A stretch of 64,000 bases of DNA, from NCBI GenBank assembly GCA_045617525.1, contig JAZLIT010000265.1, positions 7,247 through 71,246 on the forward strand, in the 5' to 3' direction. Within the stretch, counting starts at the first letter, position 1; every line of letters begins with the position of its first letter. Made by a program: the position numbers and the translations under genes. This DNA comes from Solibacillus sp. (GTDB taxonomy: Bacteria; Bacillota; Bacilli; Bacillales_A; Planococcaceae). This document shows positions 21,060 to 31,381 of this stretch, one piece after another. The notes under the pieces are model-generated. The model was not told where the DNA came from. It saw nothing but the letters and a program-made list of their open reading frames with translations, and ran no database searches.

Positions 21060-22727
21060 ATGAAGTTTGTAAAGAACGATCAAGCAGCTGTTTTCGCACT
21101 TGGCGGACTGGGTGAAATCGGCAAAAATACTTATGGGATTCAATTCCAAGATGAGATTATTTTAATCGATGCTGGTATTAAATTCCCTGAAGATGAATTA
21201 CTAGGAATCGATTACGTTATTCCTGATTACACGTATTTAGTACGTAATGTAGATAAGATTAAAGGTTTATTTATTACACATGGACACGAAGACCACATTG
21301 GTGGTATTCCTTATTTACTTAAGCAAATTAATATCCCTGTATACGGTGGGAAATTAGCTCTAGGTCTTCTACGTAATAAACTAGAAGAGCACGGGCTACT
21401 TCGTCAAACAAAGATGATTGAGTTTAAAGAGGAAGATGTATTCAAATTCCGTAAAACCTCTGTCAGTTTCTACCGTACGACACACAGTATTCCAGACGCT
21501 TTTGGTGTTGTTGTGAAAACACCACCTGGTAACATCGTACATACAGGAGATTTCAAATTCGACTTCACTCCTGTTGGTGAACCTGCAAACATTACGAAAA
21601 TGGCTGAAATCGGTCGTGACGGCGTACTATGCTTATTATCTGATAGTACGAATGCTGAAGTTCCTAACTTTACGATGTCTGAGCGTAAAGTCGGCGAAAG
21701 CATAGACGACATTTTCCGTAAAGTTGATGGACGTGTTATTTTTGCAACTTTTGCATCAAATATCCACCGTCTACAACAAGTAACGGATGCAGCTGCCGCT
21801 TTCGGTCGTAAAATTGCTGTATTTGGTCGTTCAATGGATAACGCAATTACGATTGGTCGCGAATTAGGCTTTATTACTGCACCTAAAGAAACATTTGTAG
21901 ATGCACAAAGTATTAATCGTTTACCAGCGAATGAAGTATTAATTTTATGTACAGGTTCTCAAGGTGAGCCAATGGCAGCACTTTCTCGTATTGCTAACGG
22001 CACACATCGTCAAATTCAAATTCAGCCTGGTGACACAGTGGTATTCTCATCTTCACCAATTCCAGGTAATACGCTTAGCGTAAATAAAATCATCAACCTA
22101 TTATTCCGTGCAGGCGCTGAAGTTATTCACGGCTCACTAAATAATATCCATACTTCTGGTCACGGTTCTCAAGAAGAGCAAAAATTAATGCTTCGTTTAA
22201 TGAAACCTAAATTCTTTATGCCAATCCACGGTGAATACCGTGTATTAAAACGTCATACTGAATTAGCTGAAGCTTGTGATGTTCCACTTGAAAATTCATT
22301 CCTAATGGAAAACGGAGATGTTTTAGCACTTAGCGCAAACGAAGCTCATGTTGCTGGTCGCATTCCTTCTGGCGATATTTACATCGACGGAAATGGTATT
22401 GGTGACATCGGTAACATCGTATTACGTGATCGCCGCATTCTTTCAGAAGAAGGTCTTGTGATCGTTGTAGTAAGTGTTGATATGGAAAGAAATAAACTCG
22501 TTTCTGGTCCCGATATCATTTCACGTGGATTCGTCTACATGCGTGAATCAGGCATGATGATCAACGAAGCTCAAAAAATGCTTAACCATCATTTAAATGG
22601 GGCAATTGTAGATAAATCAACGCAATGGTCTGAACTTAAAAATGAAATTACAGACGTTCTAGGACCGTATTTATACGAAAAAACTAAGCGTCGTCCAATG
22701 ATTCTACCAATCATTATGGAAGTATAA
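21060..22727 (+). CDS. rnjA: ribonuclease J1
   Basis: 555 aa, metallo-beta-lactamase HGHEDHIGG, beta-CASP and C-terminal domain. Typical RNase J N-terminus ([34 protein letters not shown]). Confidence 0.96.
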   Translation: MKFVKNDQAAVFALGGLGEIGKNTYGIQFQDEIILIDAGIKFPEDELLGIDYVIPDYTYLVRNVDKIKGLFITHGHEDHIGGIPYLLKQINIPVYGGKLALGLLRNKLEEHGLLRQTKMIEFKEEDVFKFRKTSVSFYRTTHSIPDAFGVVVKTPPGNIVHTGDFKFDFTPVGEPANITKMAEIGRDGVLCLLSDSTNAEVPNFTMSERKVGESIDDIFRKVDGRVIFATFASNIHRLQQVTDAAAAFGRKIAVFGRSMDNAITIGRELGFITAPKETFVDAQSINRLPANEVLILCTGSQGEPMAALSRIANGTHRQIQIQPGDTVVFSSSPIPGNTLSVNKIINLLFRAGAEVIHGSLNNIHTSGHGSQEEQKLMLRLMKPKFFMPIHGEYRVLKRHTELAEACDVPLENSFLMENGDVLALSANEAHVAGRIPSGDIYIDGNGIGDIGNIVLRDRRILSEEGLVIVVVSVDMERNKLVSGPDIISRGFVYMRESGMMINEAQKMLNHHLNGAIVDKSTQWSELKNEITDVLGPYLYEKTKRRPMILPIIMEV

Positions 22728-22772
22728 AAAATAAGCCCACTCTTTCTAAAATTAGAAAGAGTGGGCTTTTTA
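22728..22772. terminator. bidirectional terminator between rnjA and ktrC
   Basis: aagcccactctttct / agaaagagtgggctt perfect 15-bp stem flanked by an A-run and a T-run. Confidence 0.9.
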
Positions 22773-22779
22773 ATAGTTA

Positions 22780-23439
22780 TTAACCTATTACCTTTTTAAC
22801 AAAACGATTAATATCAACATCTGCGCCAATTACAATCAAGATATCTTCAAGCAGTATCTCTTCATTCGCAGCAAGCGAAACCATAATTTGTTCATTCCGT
22901 TTAATACCCACAATATTAATTCCATACTTCGCACGAATATCTAAATCTATAATCGTATTATTCGCAAGCTTTTCATTTACACGAATCTCAACGATTGAAT
23001 GTTCATCGGATAACTCAAGATAATCCAACACATTACTAGAGATCATATTATTAGCAATACGTATGCCCATATCACGTTCTGGGTGTACCACGAAATCCGC
23101 ACCAATTTTGCGCAGTACCTTTTCATGATAATCATTTTGAGCCTTAACCGTTATTTTCGGCACGCCTAGCTCTTTTAAAATTAGTGCAGTTAAGATGCTC
23201 GCCTGAATATTTTCGCCAATTGCTACAATCACATGTTCAAAATTCCATAGACCTAGCGACTTAATTACCGCCTCATCCGTTGTATCCGCCACAATTGCTT
23301 GTGTCGCAATATGTGAAAATTCATCTACACGGTCTTTTGAAGTATCAATAACCATCACATTGGCCCCTTGATGAATTAATTCCTTTGCAATACTTCCTCC
23401 AAATCGACCTAATCCAATGACCACAAATTCCTTTTTCAT
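22780..23439 (-). CDS. ktrC: K+ uptake system peripheral NAD-binding subunit (KtrA/KtrC, TrkA-N/TrkA-C)
   Basis: 219 aa, MKKEFVVIGLGRFGGSIAKEL Rossmann start. Adjacent to rnjA as B. subtilis ktrC (ykqB). Confidence 0.88.
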   Translation of the reverse strand: MKKEFVVIGLGRFGGSIAKELIHQGANVMVIDTSKDRVDEFSHIATQAIVADTTDEAVIKSLGLWNFEHVIVAIGENIQASILTALILKELGVPKITVKAQNDYHEKVLRKIGADFVVHPERDMGIRIANNMISSNVLDYLELSDEHSIVEIRVNEKLANNTIIDLDIRAKYGINIVGIKRNEQIMVSLAANEEILLEDILIVIGADVDINRFVKKVIG

Positions 23440-23490
23440 GTCATTCCTCCAAGCACATACTTTCCTTCTATTTTACCCTAAAATCTCCAT

Positions 23491-23523
23491 AAAAAAAGGG
23501 AAATCGTGTATCCACAATTACCC
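23491..23523 (-). terminator. weak putative terminator after the ykuV-like gene
   Basis: Minus strand reads gggtaatt-gtggatacac-gatttccc followed by ttttttt. The stem has one mismatch and one wobble. Confidence 0.4.
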
Positions 23524-23535
23524 AGAATAATTCTT

Positions 23536-23964
23536 TTATAATAACCGTTTTAATTGAAATTCAATAACACGTATCCCGTTTTCTCCAGCGCCAATATTTC
23601 TAAGAATTCCATGTTGGTCGAATAAATAATACTTTGGCACAACGCGATTTTTAAATGCATCCGACAATTCTAGCCTGTGATCTGCATAAATTGGATACGC
23701 TAATTTACTTGTTTCTATAAATGAATACAACGGCTCAATTGCTAAATCCTTCTCAGACCTTGGCATATGAACACCTAGTATAGTTAAGTTCTCTTCATAT
23801 TGCCTATAAAACTGATTTAATTTTATTAGTAATGAATGACATTGATTACAACTGATTGACCAAAAAACAACAAGGAAAGGCTTTTGATTAAATTTAGGAA
23901 GCGACTTATTCGTTAGCCATCGATCCTTATTTGGGAGTTTTGGGATTTGATCACCTATCTTCAA
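23536..23964 (-). CDS. ykuV: thioredoxin-fold thiol-disulfide oxidoreductase (YkuV-like)
   Basis: 142 aa. FWSISCNQCH active-site CxxC and VHMPRSEKDL match the recalled YkuV pattern (FWSISCHLC ... VHMPRSEDDL). Confidence 0.8.
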   Translation of the reverse strand: MKIGDQIPKLPNKDRWLTNKSLPKFNQKPFLVVFWSISCNQCHSLLIKLNQFYRQYEENLTILGVHMPRSEKDLAIEPLYSFIETSKLAYPIYADHRLELSDAFKNRVVPKYYLFDQHGILRNIGAGENGIRVIEFQLKRLL

Positions 23965-24000
23965 TGATCAACCTCCTATTTAAATTCATTAATGACCTAC

Positions 24001-24546
24001 TTAATAAAGAACATCATCACCAGGTCGCCAATCGGCCGGACATAACCCACCGGTTTGCAACGCTTGTAATACTCGCAATGTTTCATCTACATCACGCCCA
24101 ATATTATTATGGAAGATTGTTGCGTATTGAAGCTCGCCCTCGGGACTAATAATAAATAGTCCACGTAGTGCTACCCCCTCTTCTTCTATTAATACACCAT
24201 ACTTCCTCGACACCTCATGGTTGGCATCACTGGCCAAAGGAAATAACAGATTTCCAACACCATTTTCATCACGCGGTGTATGAATCCAAGCCAAATGAGC
24301 ATAAACGCTATCAGTAGAAACAGCAAATACATGTGCATCTAATTCTTGAAACTCTTCAAATCGATCTGATACTGCAGTGACCTCAGTAGGACACACTTTA
24401 GTAAAATTCATTGGATAGAAAATAAGCACAGTCCATTTATCCGTATCTATATTTTGTTGCAATGATACTTCCTTAATTTCTTCATCTGGAAAAACTGCCA
24501 ACATTTGAAATAGCGGGGCTTGCTTACCAACCATACAGTCCGTCAT
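24001..24546 (-). CDS. ykuU: 2-Cys peroxiredoxin (AhpC/TSA family, YkuU-like)
   Basis: Peroxidatic Cys context FTKVCPTE and AWIHTPR. Start ATG 24544-24546 (MTDCMVGKQAPLF) with GGGAAGGA 10 nt upstream. Track start 24597 rejected. Confidence 0.85.
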   Translation of the reverse strand: MTDCMVGKQAPLFQMLAVFPDEEIKEVSLQQNIDTDKWTVLIFYPMNFTKVCPTEVTAVSDRFEEFQELDAHVFAVSTDSVYAHLAWIHTPRDENGVGNLLFPLASDANHEVSRKYGVLIEEEGVALRGLFIISPEGELQYATIFHNNIGRDVDETLRVLQALQTGGLCPADWRPGDDVLY

Positions 24547-24716
24547 AACGGTTTCATCCTTCCCTATACCCACTAAGGAACCTGATAAATCAGACAATTA
24601 CCTCGTAGTGTTTTAACATTTATTAAATAATTTAACAGCTATTCCCCACTTTTTTGTTCACTTTCCTCTACTTTAGTAAATTAAATTTTTTTTTACATAT
24701 TTCATAGCGAAAACTC

Positions 24717-24744
24717 TTGAAAGTGAGAGGATTTTCGGTATAAT
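24717..24744 (+). promoter_or_regulatory. putative sigmaA promoter of the XRE-cupin/pot unit
   Basis: -35 ttgaaa (24717-24722), 16-nt spacer, -10 tataat (24739-24744). Confidence 0.5.
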
Positions 24745-24755
24745 TAATTTGGCTT

Positions 24756-24816
24756 AAGTAAACTTAAAGTTTTGTATAAGTAAACTTTCATACAAGTAGT
24801 TTATAATAGGTAAACT
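24756..24816 (+). repeat. three direct copies of A(A/G)GTAAACT plus one inverted copy and a 6-1-6 palindrome in the 5' leader (candidate operator)
   Basis: aagtaaact at 24756-24764 and 24778-24786, aggtaaact at 24808-24816, inverted agtagttta at 24795-24803. Palindrome aaactt-a-aagttt at 24760-24772. Confidence 0.4.
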
Positions 24817-24833
24817 AGGGGGGGGCGTATTTT

Positions 24834-25376
24834 TTGTTAATAGGCAATAAAATAAAAGCTTTACGATTAAAAAAAGGCCTCACACAAGAAGAACTTGGCG
24901 AACGAACGGATCTAACGAAAGGCTATATTTCACAACTAGAGAGGGATTTAAACTCCCCTTCAATAGAAACTTTATTTTCAATTTTAGAAGTATTAGGCTC
25001 TAAACCGAAAGATTTTTTCGATGATGAATCCGATGTGGAAAAAATCGTCTTCACAAAAGATGACCAGAAAATCTTTATCGATCAAGAAAAAAGTTATGAG
25101 CTTGAATGGCTCATTCCAACTTCTAATGAAAAAGAGATGGAACCTGTATTTCTAACATTACAGAAAAATGCAGCGTTTAAGTTATTCGAGCCCTCTTTAT
25201 CCGAATCATTTATTTACGTTATAAATGGGCGAATTCGCGTAATGATTGGTACTGAAGAATATATAGCGAATGAAGGCAGCGCCGTATACTACGAAGCCTC
25301 ATCAAATCATCAAATTTTCAATGCTCATAACGGCATCACAAAGCTGCTTTTAGTGGCAACAGATTCTTATTTATAA
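24834..25376 (+). CDS. XRE-family HTH transcriptional regulator with C-terminal cupin domain
   Basis: TTG start 24834 after a G-rich RBS (AGGGGGGGG). N-terminal IGNKIKALRLKKGLTQEELGERTDLTKGYISQLER HTH. C-terminal cupin-like beta-strand region. 15 nt upstream of potA. Confidence 0.85.
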   Translation: MLIGNKIKALRLKKGLTQEELGERTDLTKGYISQLERDLNSPSIETLFSILEVLGSKPKDFFDDESDVEKIVFTKDDQKIFIDQEKSYELEWLIPTSNEKEMEPVFLTLQKNAAFKLFEPSLSESFIYVINGRIRVMIGTEEYIANEGSAVYYEASSNHQIFNAHNGITKLLLVATDSYL

Positions 25377-25391
25377 TTAGGAGGCTAACCA

Positions 25392-26495
25392 GTGGAAAAC
25401 ACAATTATTCGATTTGAAAATGTATCAAAAGCATATGACGACGGCACTGTCGTACTAAAAAATATTAATCTAGAATTAGAGCGAGGTAAATTCTATACAT
25501 TACTGGGTCCTTCTGGTTGTGGTAAAACAACAATTTTACGTATTATCGCAGGATTTACAGATGCTTCAAGTGGCGACGTATTCTTTAACGGAAAACGTAT
25601 CAATGATGTACCAGCAAATGAGCGACAAGTAAATACGGTTTTCCAAGATTACGCGCTATTCCCTCACTTAAATGTTTTTGAAAACGTAGCATTTGGCTTA
25701 CGTATCAAAAAAGTGAAAGAAGACGAAGTTAAAACACGTGTGCAAGAAGCACTGAAATTCGTTAACCTAGCTGGTTATGGTAATCGTGAAATTTCTGAAA
25801 TGTCAGGTGGCCAACGCCAACGTGTTGCGATTGCTCGTGCAATTATTAATGATCCAGAGGTAATCTTATTAGATGAACCCCTATCAGCTCTTGACTTAAA
25901 ACTACGTACAGAAATGCAATATGAATTACGCGAATTGCAACAGCGATTAGGCAAAACATTTGTATTCGTCACACATGACCAAGAAGAGGCACTAGCGATG
26001 AGTGATGAAATTTTCGTGTTATCGCATGGTGAAGTTATGCAATCAGGTACGCCAGTTGATATTTATGACGAACCAATTAACCGCTTTGTGGCAGATTTCA
26101 TCGGTGAATCAAATATTGTCGATGGCATCATGGTTGAAGACTTCCGTGTTCGCTTTGCGGGCAAAGTATTCGAATGTGTCGATCAAGGCTTAAATCCAAA
26201 CGAGCGCATCGATATTGTTATCCGTCCTGAAGATTTAGAAATTACAACGGTCGAAAAAGGAAAATTAGTTGTAACAGTTGACACACAACTTTTCCGTGGC
26301 GTTCACTATGAGCTATCTACATACGATAAAGATGGCAATGAATGGTTAATCCACTCACTAAAAAAAGCAGAAGTCGGTGCAGAAATCGGTCTTGATTTCG
26401 ACCCTGAAGCCATTCACGTAATGCGTCTAAATGAATCGGAAGAGGACTTCGACAAGCGCTTAGAATCTTACGGAGGCGAAGAGGATGCAGAGTAA
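25392..26495 (+). CDS. potA: spermidine/putrescine ABC transporter ATPase
   Basis: GTG start. Walker [10 protein letters not shown], signature [13 protein letters not shown], Walker B ILLDEPLS, PotA-type C-terminal regulatory domain. Confidence 0.93.
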   Translation: MENTIIRFENVSKAYDDGTVVLKNINLELERGKFYTLLGPSGCGKTTILRIIAGFTDASSGDVFFNGKRINDVPANERQVNTVFQDYALFPHLNVFENVAFGLRIKKVKEDEVKTRVQEALKFVNLAGYGNREISEMSGGQRQRVAIARAIINDPEVILLDEPLSALDLKLRTEMQYELRELQQRLGKTFVFVTHDQEEALAMSDEIFVLSHGEVMQSGTPVDIYDEPINRFVADFIGESNIVDGIMVEDFRVRFAGKVFECVDQGLNPNERIDIVIRPEDLEITTVEKGKLVVTVDTQLFRGVHYELSTYDKDGNEWLIHSLKKAEVGAEIGLDFDPEAIHVMRLNESEEDFDKRLESYGGEEDAE

Positions 26496-27291
26496 AAACA
26501 ATAAAGTTGCCTTATTTCCATATATTTTATGGATTGCACTTTTTGTTATCGCACCAATTGCCTTAATCGGTTATTATTCATTACTTGATTTAAACGGCAA
26601 TTTCACGTTAGCAAACTATAAAAACTTCTTCACGTCATCTTACTTAACAATGACATTAACAAGCTTTTGGTATGCGTTTTTAATTACCCTGTTTACGTTA
26701 TTATTCGCTTATCCAACGGCTTATTTATTAACGAAAACGAAACATAAGCATTTATGGTTAATGCTTATCATTATTCCATCGTGGATTAACTTATTATTAA
26801 AAACATATGCATTTATTGGTATTTTCGGCTTAAACGGTCCAATTAATGCGTTAATCGAAGTATTCGGCTTTGATCCACAACAAATTTTATTCACAGATTT
26901 TAGTTTTGTCTTTGTGGCGGTATATATTTTCATTCCATTTATGATTATTCCGATTTTTAACTCATTAGATAAACTAAATCCTACGTTAGTATATGCAGCA
27001 CGTGACTTAGGTGCTTCAAGTTGGACAACTTTTCGCCGTGTTGTTTTCCCACTTACAATTGACGGCGTTAAATCAGGGATTCAAGTAACGTTCATCCCTG
27101 CGCTATCATTATTCATGATTACACGCTTAATCGCAGGTAACAAAGTAATTACATTAGGTACAGCAATTGAACAGCAGTTCCTTGTTTCTCAAAACTGGGG
27201 CATGGGTTCAACAATTGCAATGTTCTTAATTATTTTCATGGTAATTACGATGTTATTTACGGGGCAATCGAAAAAAGGAGGTCGTGCATAA
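26485..27291 (+). CDS. potB: spermidine/putrescine ABC transporter permease
   Basis: 268 aa, six TM segments, EAA-like loop ([21 protein letters not shown]). Overlaps potA by 11 nt. Confidence 0.92.
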   Translation: MQSKNNKVALFPYILWIALFVIAPIALIGYYSLLDLNGNFTLANYKNFFTSSYLTMTLTSFWYAFLITLFTLLFAYPTAYLLTKTKHKHLWLMLIIIPSWINLLLKTYAFIGIFGLNGPINALIEVFGFDPQQILFTDFSFVFVAVYIFIPFMIIPIFNSLDKLNPTLVYAARDLGASSWTTFRRVVFPLTIDGVKSGIQVTFIPALSLFMITRLIAGNKVITLGTAIEQQFLVSQNWGMGSTIAMFLIIFMVITMLFTGQSKKGGRA

Positions 27292-27292
27292 C

Positions 27293-28093
27293 ATGAAAAA
27301 ATTATCCACTGCCTCAAAAGTTTATTTAGCTGCAGTATTCATTATTTTATATGCGCCGATCTTCTATTTAATTTTCTACTCATTCAATAGCGGTGGCTCA
27401 ATGAATGGCTTTGAATCGTTTACATTAGATCATTATAAAGCTGTCTTTGAAGATTCACGTTTAATCGTTATTTTAATTAATACCGTACTTGTTGCATTAT
27501 TATCTGGATTAATCGCTACAATTATTGGTACGCTTGGCGCAATTGGGATTGTCTCAATTCGCAATAAAAAAATGCGCAACACATTATTATCATTAAACAA
27601 TGTTTTAATTGTTTCACCCGACGTTGTAATCGGGGCAAGCTTCTTAATTTTATTCACTATGATTGGTGTTAAATTAGGATTTGCTTCAGTACTTGTATCA
27701 CATGTAGCTTTCAGCGTACCTATCGTTGTATTGATGGTGTTACCTAAGCTTCTTGAAATGAATACTTCATTAATTGACGCTGCACGTGATTTAGGTGCCA
27801 CAAAGCGTGACGTTTTAACACGCGTTATCTTACCGTATATTTCACCAGGTATTTTTGCTGGATTCTTCATGGCATTAACGTATTCACTGGATGACTTCGC
27901 GGTTACGTTTTTTGTGACTGGTAATGGTTTCTCTACACTATCTGTTGAGATTTACTCGATGGCACGTGCTGGAATTACATTAACAATTAACGCATTATCG
28001 GGATTAATTTTCCTAGTGACGGTGTTAGTCGTCATTGGTTATTACTATGTAAATAATCGCTCGAAACAATCAAGATCGGGGGGTCAAGCATGA
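27293..28093 (+). CDS. potC: spermidine/putrescine ABC transporter permease
   Basis: EAA loop AARDLGATKRDVLTRVILPY. ATG 27293 preferred (GGAGG 11 nt upstream) over the track GTG 27284. Confidence 0.92.
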   Translation: MKKLSTASKVYLAAVFIILYAPIFYLIFYSFNSGGSMNGFESFTLDHYKAVFEDSRLIVILINTVLVALLSGLIATIIGTLGAIGIVSIRNKKMRNTLLSLNNVLIVSPDVVIGASFLILFTMIGVKLGFASVLVSHVAFSVPIVVLMVLPKLLEMNTSLIDAARDLGATKRDVLTRVILPYISPGIFAGFFMALTYSLDDFAVTFFVTGNGFSTLSVEIYSMARAGITLTINALSGLIFLVTVLVVIGYYYVNNRSKQSRSGGQA

Positions 28094-29166
28094 GAGACTT
28101 AATGCAAGCGACAATTGCTATTGTAATTGTCTGTGCCCTACTTTTCGTTGCTGCAACACAAATGCAATCTGCAGGTAATCAAGGCAGTAAAGATACAATT
28201 ACTGTTTATAATTGGGGCGAATATATCGATCCAGACCTAATTGACCAATTTGAAGAAGAGACAGGCATTAAAGTTGTCTACGAAACATTTGATTCGAATG
28301 AAGCGATGATGACAAAAATTCAGCAAGGCGGCTCGGCATATGACATCGCAGTTCCTTCTGAATACGCGATTGAAATGATGAAAGAGGATGACCTACTTAT
28401 TCCTCTTGACCATTCACTACTGCCTGAGCTTAAAAATATCGATCCATATTTCTTAGATTTACCATTCGATGAACGCAATAAATATTCAATCCCTTATTTC
28501 TGGGGAACGGTTGGAATTGTTTATAATCCAAATATGGTTGAAGATCATCTAGACTTCACCTCTTGGGAGCATTTATGGGATGAATCATTAAAAAATAAAG
28601 TATTTTTAGTAGATGGTGCACGTGAAGTAGTTGGAATGGGCTTGAATTCAATTGGCGAATCTTTAAATATTAAAGATGAAGTCGTTTTACGCCAAGCTAC
28701 AGATAAGTTAAAAACGCTAGCACCTAATGTAAAGGCCATCATTGGCGATGAAATCACAAATCTAATGATTAACGACGAAGCAGCTGTTGCCTTAACTTGG
28801 TCTGGCCAAGCAGCTGATATGATGTGGGAAAATGAAGAACTAGACTTTGCAGTACCTGAAGAGGGTTCTAACTTATGGTTCGATAATATGGTCATTCCTA
28901 AAACATCAAAAAATGTCGAGGCTGCACATAAATTTATTAACTTTATGCTAGATTCAGAAGTGGCAGCTCAAAACGCAGATTACGTTGGCTACTCAACACC
29001 AAATGCAACAGCAATGGAGCTTATGGATGAGGAAGTTATTACTGATGAACGCTTCTACCCAAGCTTAGAACTACGTGATCGTCTAGAAGTATACGAAGAC
29101 TTAGGCCTAACATGGCTTGGACGCTACAATGAGTTGTTTTTAGAATTTAAAATGTCAATGAATTAA
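28090..29166 (+). CDS. potD: spermidine/putrescine-binding lipoprotein/periplasmic-type binding protein
   Basis: 358 aa with an N-terminal anchor. PotD-like (ITVYNWGEYIDPDLIDQFEEETGIKV, YFWGTVGIVYN). 4-nt overlap with potC. Confidence 0.92.
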   Translation: MRDLMQATIAIVIVCALLFVAATQMQSAGNQGSKDTITVYNWGEYIDPDLIDQFEEETGIKVVYETFDSNEAMMTKIQQGGSAYDIAVPSEYAIEMMKEDDLLIPLDHSLLPELKNIDPYFLDLPFDERNKYSIPYFWGTVGIVYNPNMVEDHLDFTSWEHLWDESLKNKVFLVDGAREVVGMGLNSIGESLNIKDEVVLRQATDKLKTLAPNVKAIIGDEITNLMINDEAAVALTWSGQAADMMWENEELDFAVPEEGSNLWFDNMVIPKTSKNVEAAHKFINFMLDSEVAAQNADYVGYSTPNATAMELMDEEVITDERFYPSLELRDRLEVYEDLGLTWLGRYNELFLEFKMSMN

Positions 29167-29180
29167 ATTCATTGCCTATA

Positions 29181-29220
29181 AATAAGCCAAGCGAACTCGT
29201 TGTTCGCTTGGCTTATTTTA
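29181..29220 (+). terminator. rho-independent terminator of the pot operon
   Basis: aataagccaagcgaac / gttcgcttggcttatt perfect 16-bp stem. Confidence 0.85.
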
Positions 29221-29335
29221 ATAATCAAACCACTATCCTGCCCCAACAATAGAAGATGCAATTTATCCCAGTCAGCAGTACAATATGTAAGACAAGTATT
29301 TATAATAACCCAGGAAGGTGGTCATCTAGAAAAAA

Positions 29336-30511
29336 ATGAAAACAAATAAAACCGCACTTTATTTATTAATGTTCAATATGTTTATTACCATGCTAGGAAT
29401 CGGGATAATTATTCCCGTTATGCCATCCTATTTAGCAATTTTTGGAGTAGGTGGCCAAGTACTCGGCTTCTTAGTAGCTGGATTTGCACTCGCACAATTT
29501 TTATTCTCACCGATAGCCGGTGACCTGTCAGACCGCTATGGACGTAAACCATTCATCATAGCCGGCTTAATCATTTACGCCTTTTCACAAGTTTTATTCG
29601 GTTTTGCTGATGCCGTTTGGGTGCTCTTTTTATCTCGCTTCCTAGGTGGATTTGGTGCTGCATTAATTGCCCCTCCAATTATGGCCTACGTTGCCGATAT
29701 TACTACACATGAAGAACGCGGAAAAGGTATGGGCATGCTCGGTGCATCAATGTCTCTAGGATTTATGGTCGGACCTGGATTTGGTGGATTTTTAGCGACT
29801 ATCAATTTAACCTTTCCCTTTTATTTAGCTGGAGCCATCGCATTTGCCGCAGCTATTTTAACAATTTTCATGCTACCTTCAGTAAAACCCGCACCCGTCA
29901 CAAAAATACGTGAAAATATTGCGAAGCAGCTAGTTCGCTCTGTTAAGACAGAGTACTTTGTGTTCCTTATCATCATCTTTATATTCAGCTTTGGGATTGC
30001 CAATTTCCAAGCAACTTTCTCCATCTATTTAGATGAAAAGTTTAATTACACCCCAACAGATATCGCCATCATTTTAACAATAGGTGGTTTCATCGGTGTT
30101 ATCTTGCAAATGTTCGTCATTGAAAAACTTTTCAAACGCTTCGGCGAAATGAAGGTAATCCTTGTGAACCTTTTACTAGCTGCAATCATGATGCTACTTA
30201 TGATTTACATTAGTGGATTCTTTATTATTTTACTTGTAGCAACTTTATTCTCTGTAGCAACGACATTTATTCGCCCTGCAGTTAATACACTTGTATCGAA
30301 ATTAGCTGGTGCAGAGCAAGGCTTTGCTGCCGGCATGAATAATGCCTATATGAGCTTAGGCAACATGATTGGCCCTGCACTTGCCGGAACATTATTCGAT
30401 TACAATATGGATGCACCCTACATTTTAGGTGCAATGATTTTAGTAGGATGCTTTATACTTTCGTTTGTTTGGTCAAAGAAGTACAAGCCACAACTTTTGC
30501 AAAATAATTAA
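29336..30511 (+). CDS. MFS transporter, 12-TM DHA1 drug/H+ antiporter-like
   Basis: 391 aa. Motif A-like GDLSDRYGRKPFI, motif C-like region. N-terminus typical of Bmr/NorA/Tet-like pumps. Confidence 0.88.
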   Translation: MKTNKTALYLLMFNMFITMLGIGIIIPVMPSYLAIFGVGGQVLGFLVAGFALAQFLFSPIAGDLSDRYGRKPFIIAGLIIYAFSQVLFGFADAVWVLFLSRFLGGFGAALIAPPIMAYVADITTHEERGKGMGMLGASMSLGFMVGPGFGGFLATINLTFPFYLAGAIAFAAAILTIFMLPSVKPAPVTKIRENIAKQLVRSVKTEYFVFLIIIFIFSFGIANFQATFSIYLDEKFNYTPTDIAIILTIGGFIGVILQMFVIEKLFKRFGEMKVILVNLLLAAIMMLLMIYISGFFIILLVATLFSVATTFIRPAVNTLVSKLAGAEQGFAAGMNNAYMSLGNMIGPALAGTLFDYNMDAPYILGAMILVGCFILSFVWSKKYKPQLLQNN

Positions 30512-30522
30512 ATATATATGTA

Positions 30523-30555
30523 AAGGGAGCCATCTTTAAAATCGATGGCTCCCTT
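30523..30555. terminator. terminator shared by the convergent MFS and ABC-2 permease genes
   Basis: aagggagccatc / gatggctccctt stem, loop tttaaaatc. Confidence 0.75.
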
Positions 30556-30568
30556 CTATTTACTACAT

Positions 30569-31381
30569 CTATCTTGGACGAAGCTTTTTAATTGCCACAA
30601 CAATGCAAAGTACCGCAATAACCGTGTATACACCGACATATATGACCCAAAGCGGCAAAGACCAAACTTCACCGTTAACAGATAGCTTATTTATTTCAGG
30701 TGACAAAATCGAAAGTACTACTGCAAAGGGATTTAGACTAAGCCAAAATTTCGACCAAAAAGCAGATTGATCATTCACCCATGCAAAAGATGTGATATAA
30801 AAAATAAACGTAAATAAAGATAAAAAAATCGTCACTGCATACGTACTAATCATTGAAATAACAGTTTTCTTCGTGATTGTTGAAAATAATATTCCAACGC
30901 TCCCAATGCAAAACACTGTGAATATATAAAACAAAAAGACTACTATTAATTGCATCGGCGAAATACCACCGAATAAAAAGATGACGCTATAAACTGGCAA
31001 AGAAGAAATTAAAATAAGTAATAAAAATACAACGGACGAAAGTAGCTTACCTATTATAATCTGCGTAGAACTTTGAGTTGTCGTCAGTAATATATTCAAC
31101 GTCTGCTTCTCTCGTTCTGAGCTAATTGCCCCTGCTGAAAGTGCTGGAGCCATAAATAATACGAGCCCCATTTGCAGTGCAGTTAATAAAGAAAATAATA
31201 GAAAGCTTTCAGATGGGTTGAAATATCCATCTCCTGAAAAGCCCGTCATAATAATTAAATACGCTAAAAGAAATAATGTCAGTGCAATTAAATAAAAGAC
31301 AATGGCATTAAAGCTTTTCGCATTACGAAAACGCAGCTTTAATTCCTTTAAAAGTACCGGATTAAGTGTTCGTAGTTTCAC
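30569..31381 (-). CDS. ABC-2 type exporter permease (GldF/NosY-like)
   Basis: 270 aa, six TM segments, conserved ISSEREKQTLNILLTT loop after TM1-2. GTG start 31379-31381 ((M)KLRTLNPVLLKELKLRF) with AGGAGGG 8 nt upstream. Overlaps the ATPase gene end by 20 nt. Confidence 0.8.
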   Translation of the reverse strand: MKLRTLNPVLLKELKLRFRNAKSFNAIVFYLIALTLFLLAYLIIMTGFSGDGYFNPSESFLLFSLLTALQMGLVLFMAPALSAGAISSEREKQTLNILLTTTQSSTQIIIGKLLSSVVFLLLILISSLPVYSVIFLFGGISPMQLIVVFLFYIFTVFCIGSVGILFSTITKKTVISMISTYAVTIFLSLFTFIFYITSFAWVNDQSAFWSKFWLSLNPFAVVLSILSPEINKLSVNGEVWSLPLWVIYVGVYTVIAVLCIVVAIKKLRPR

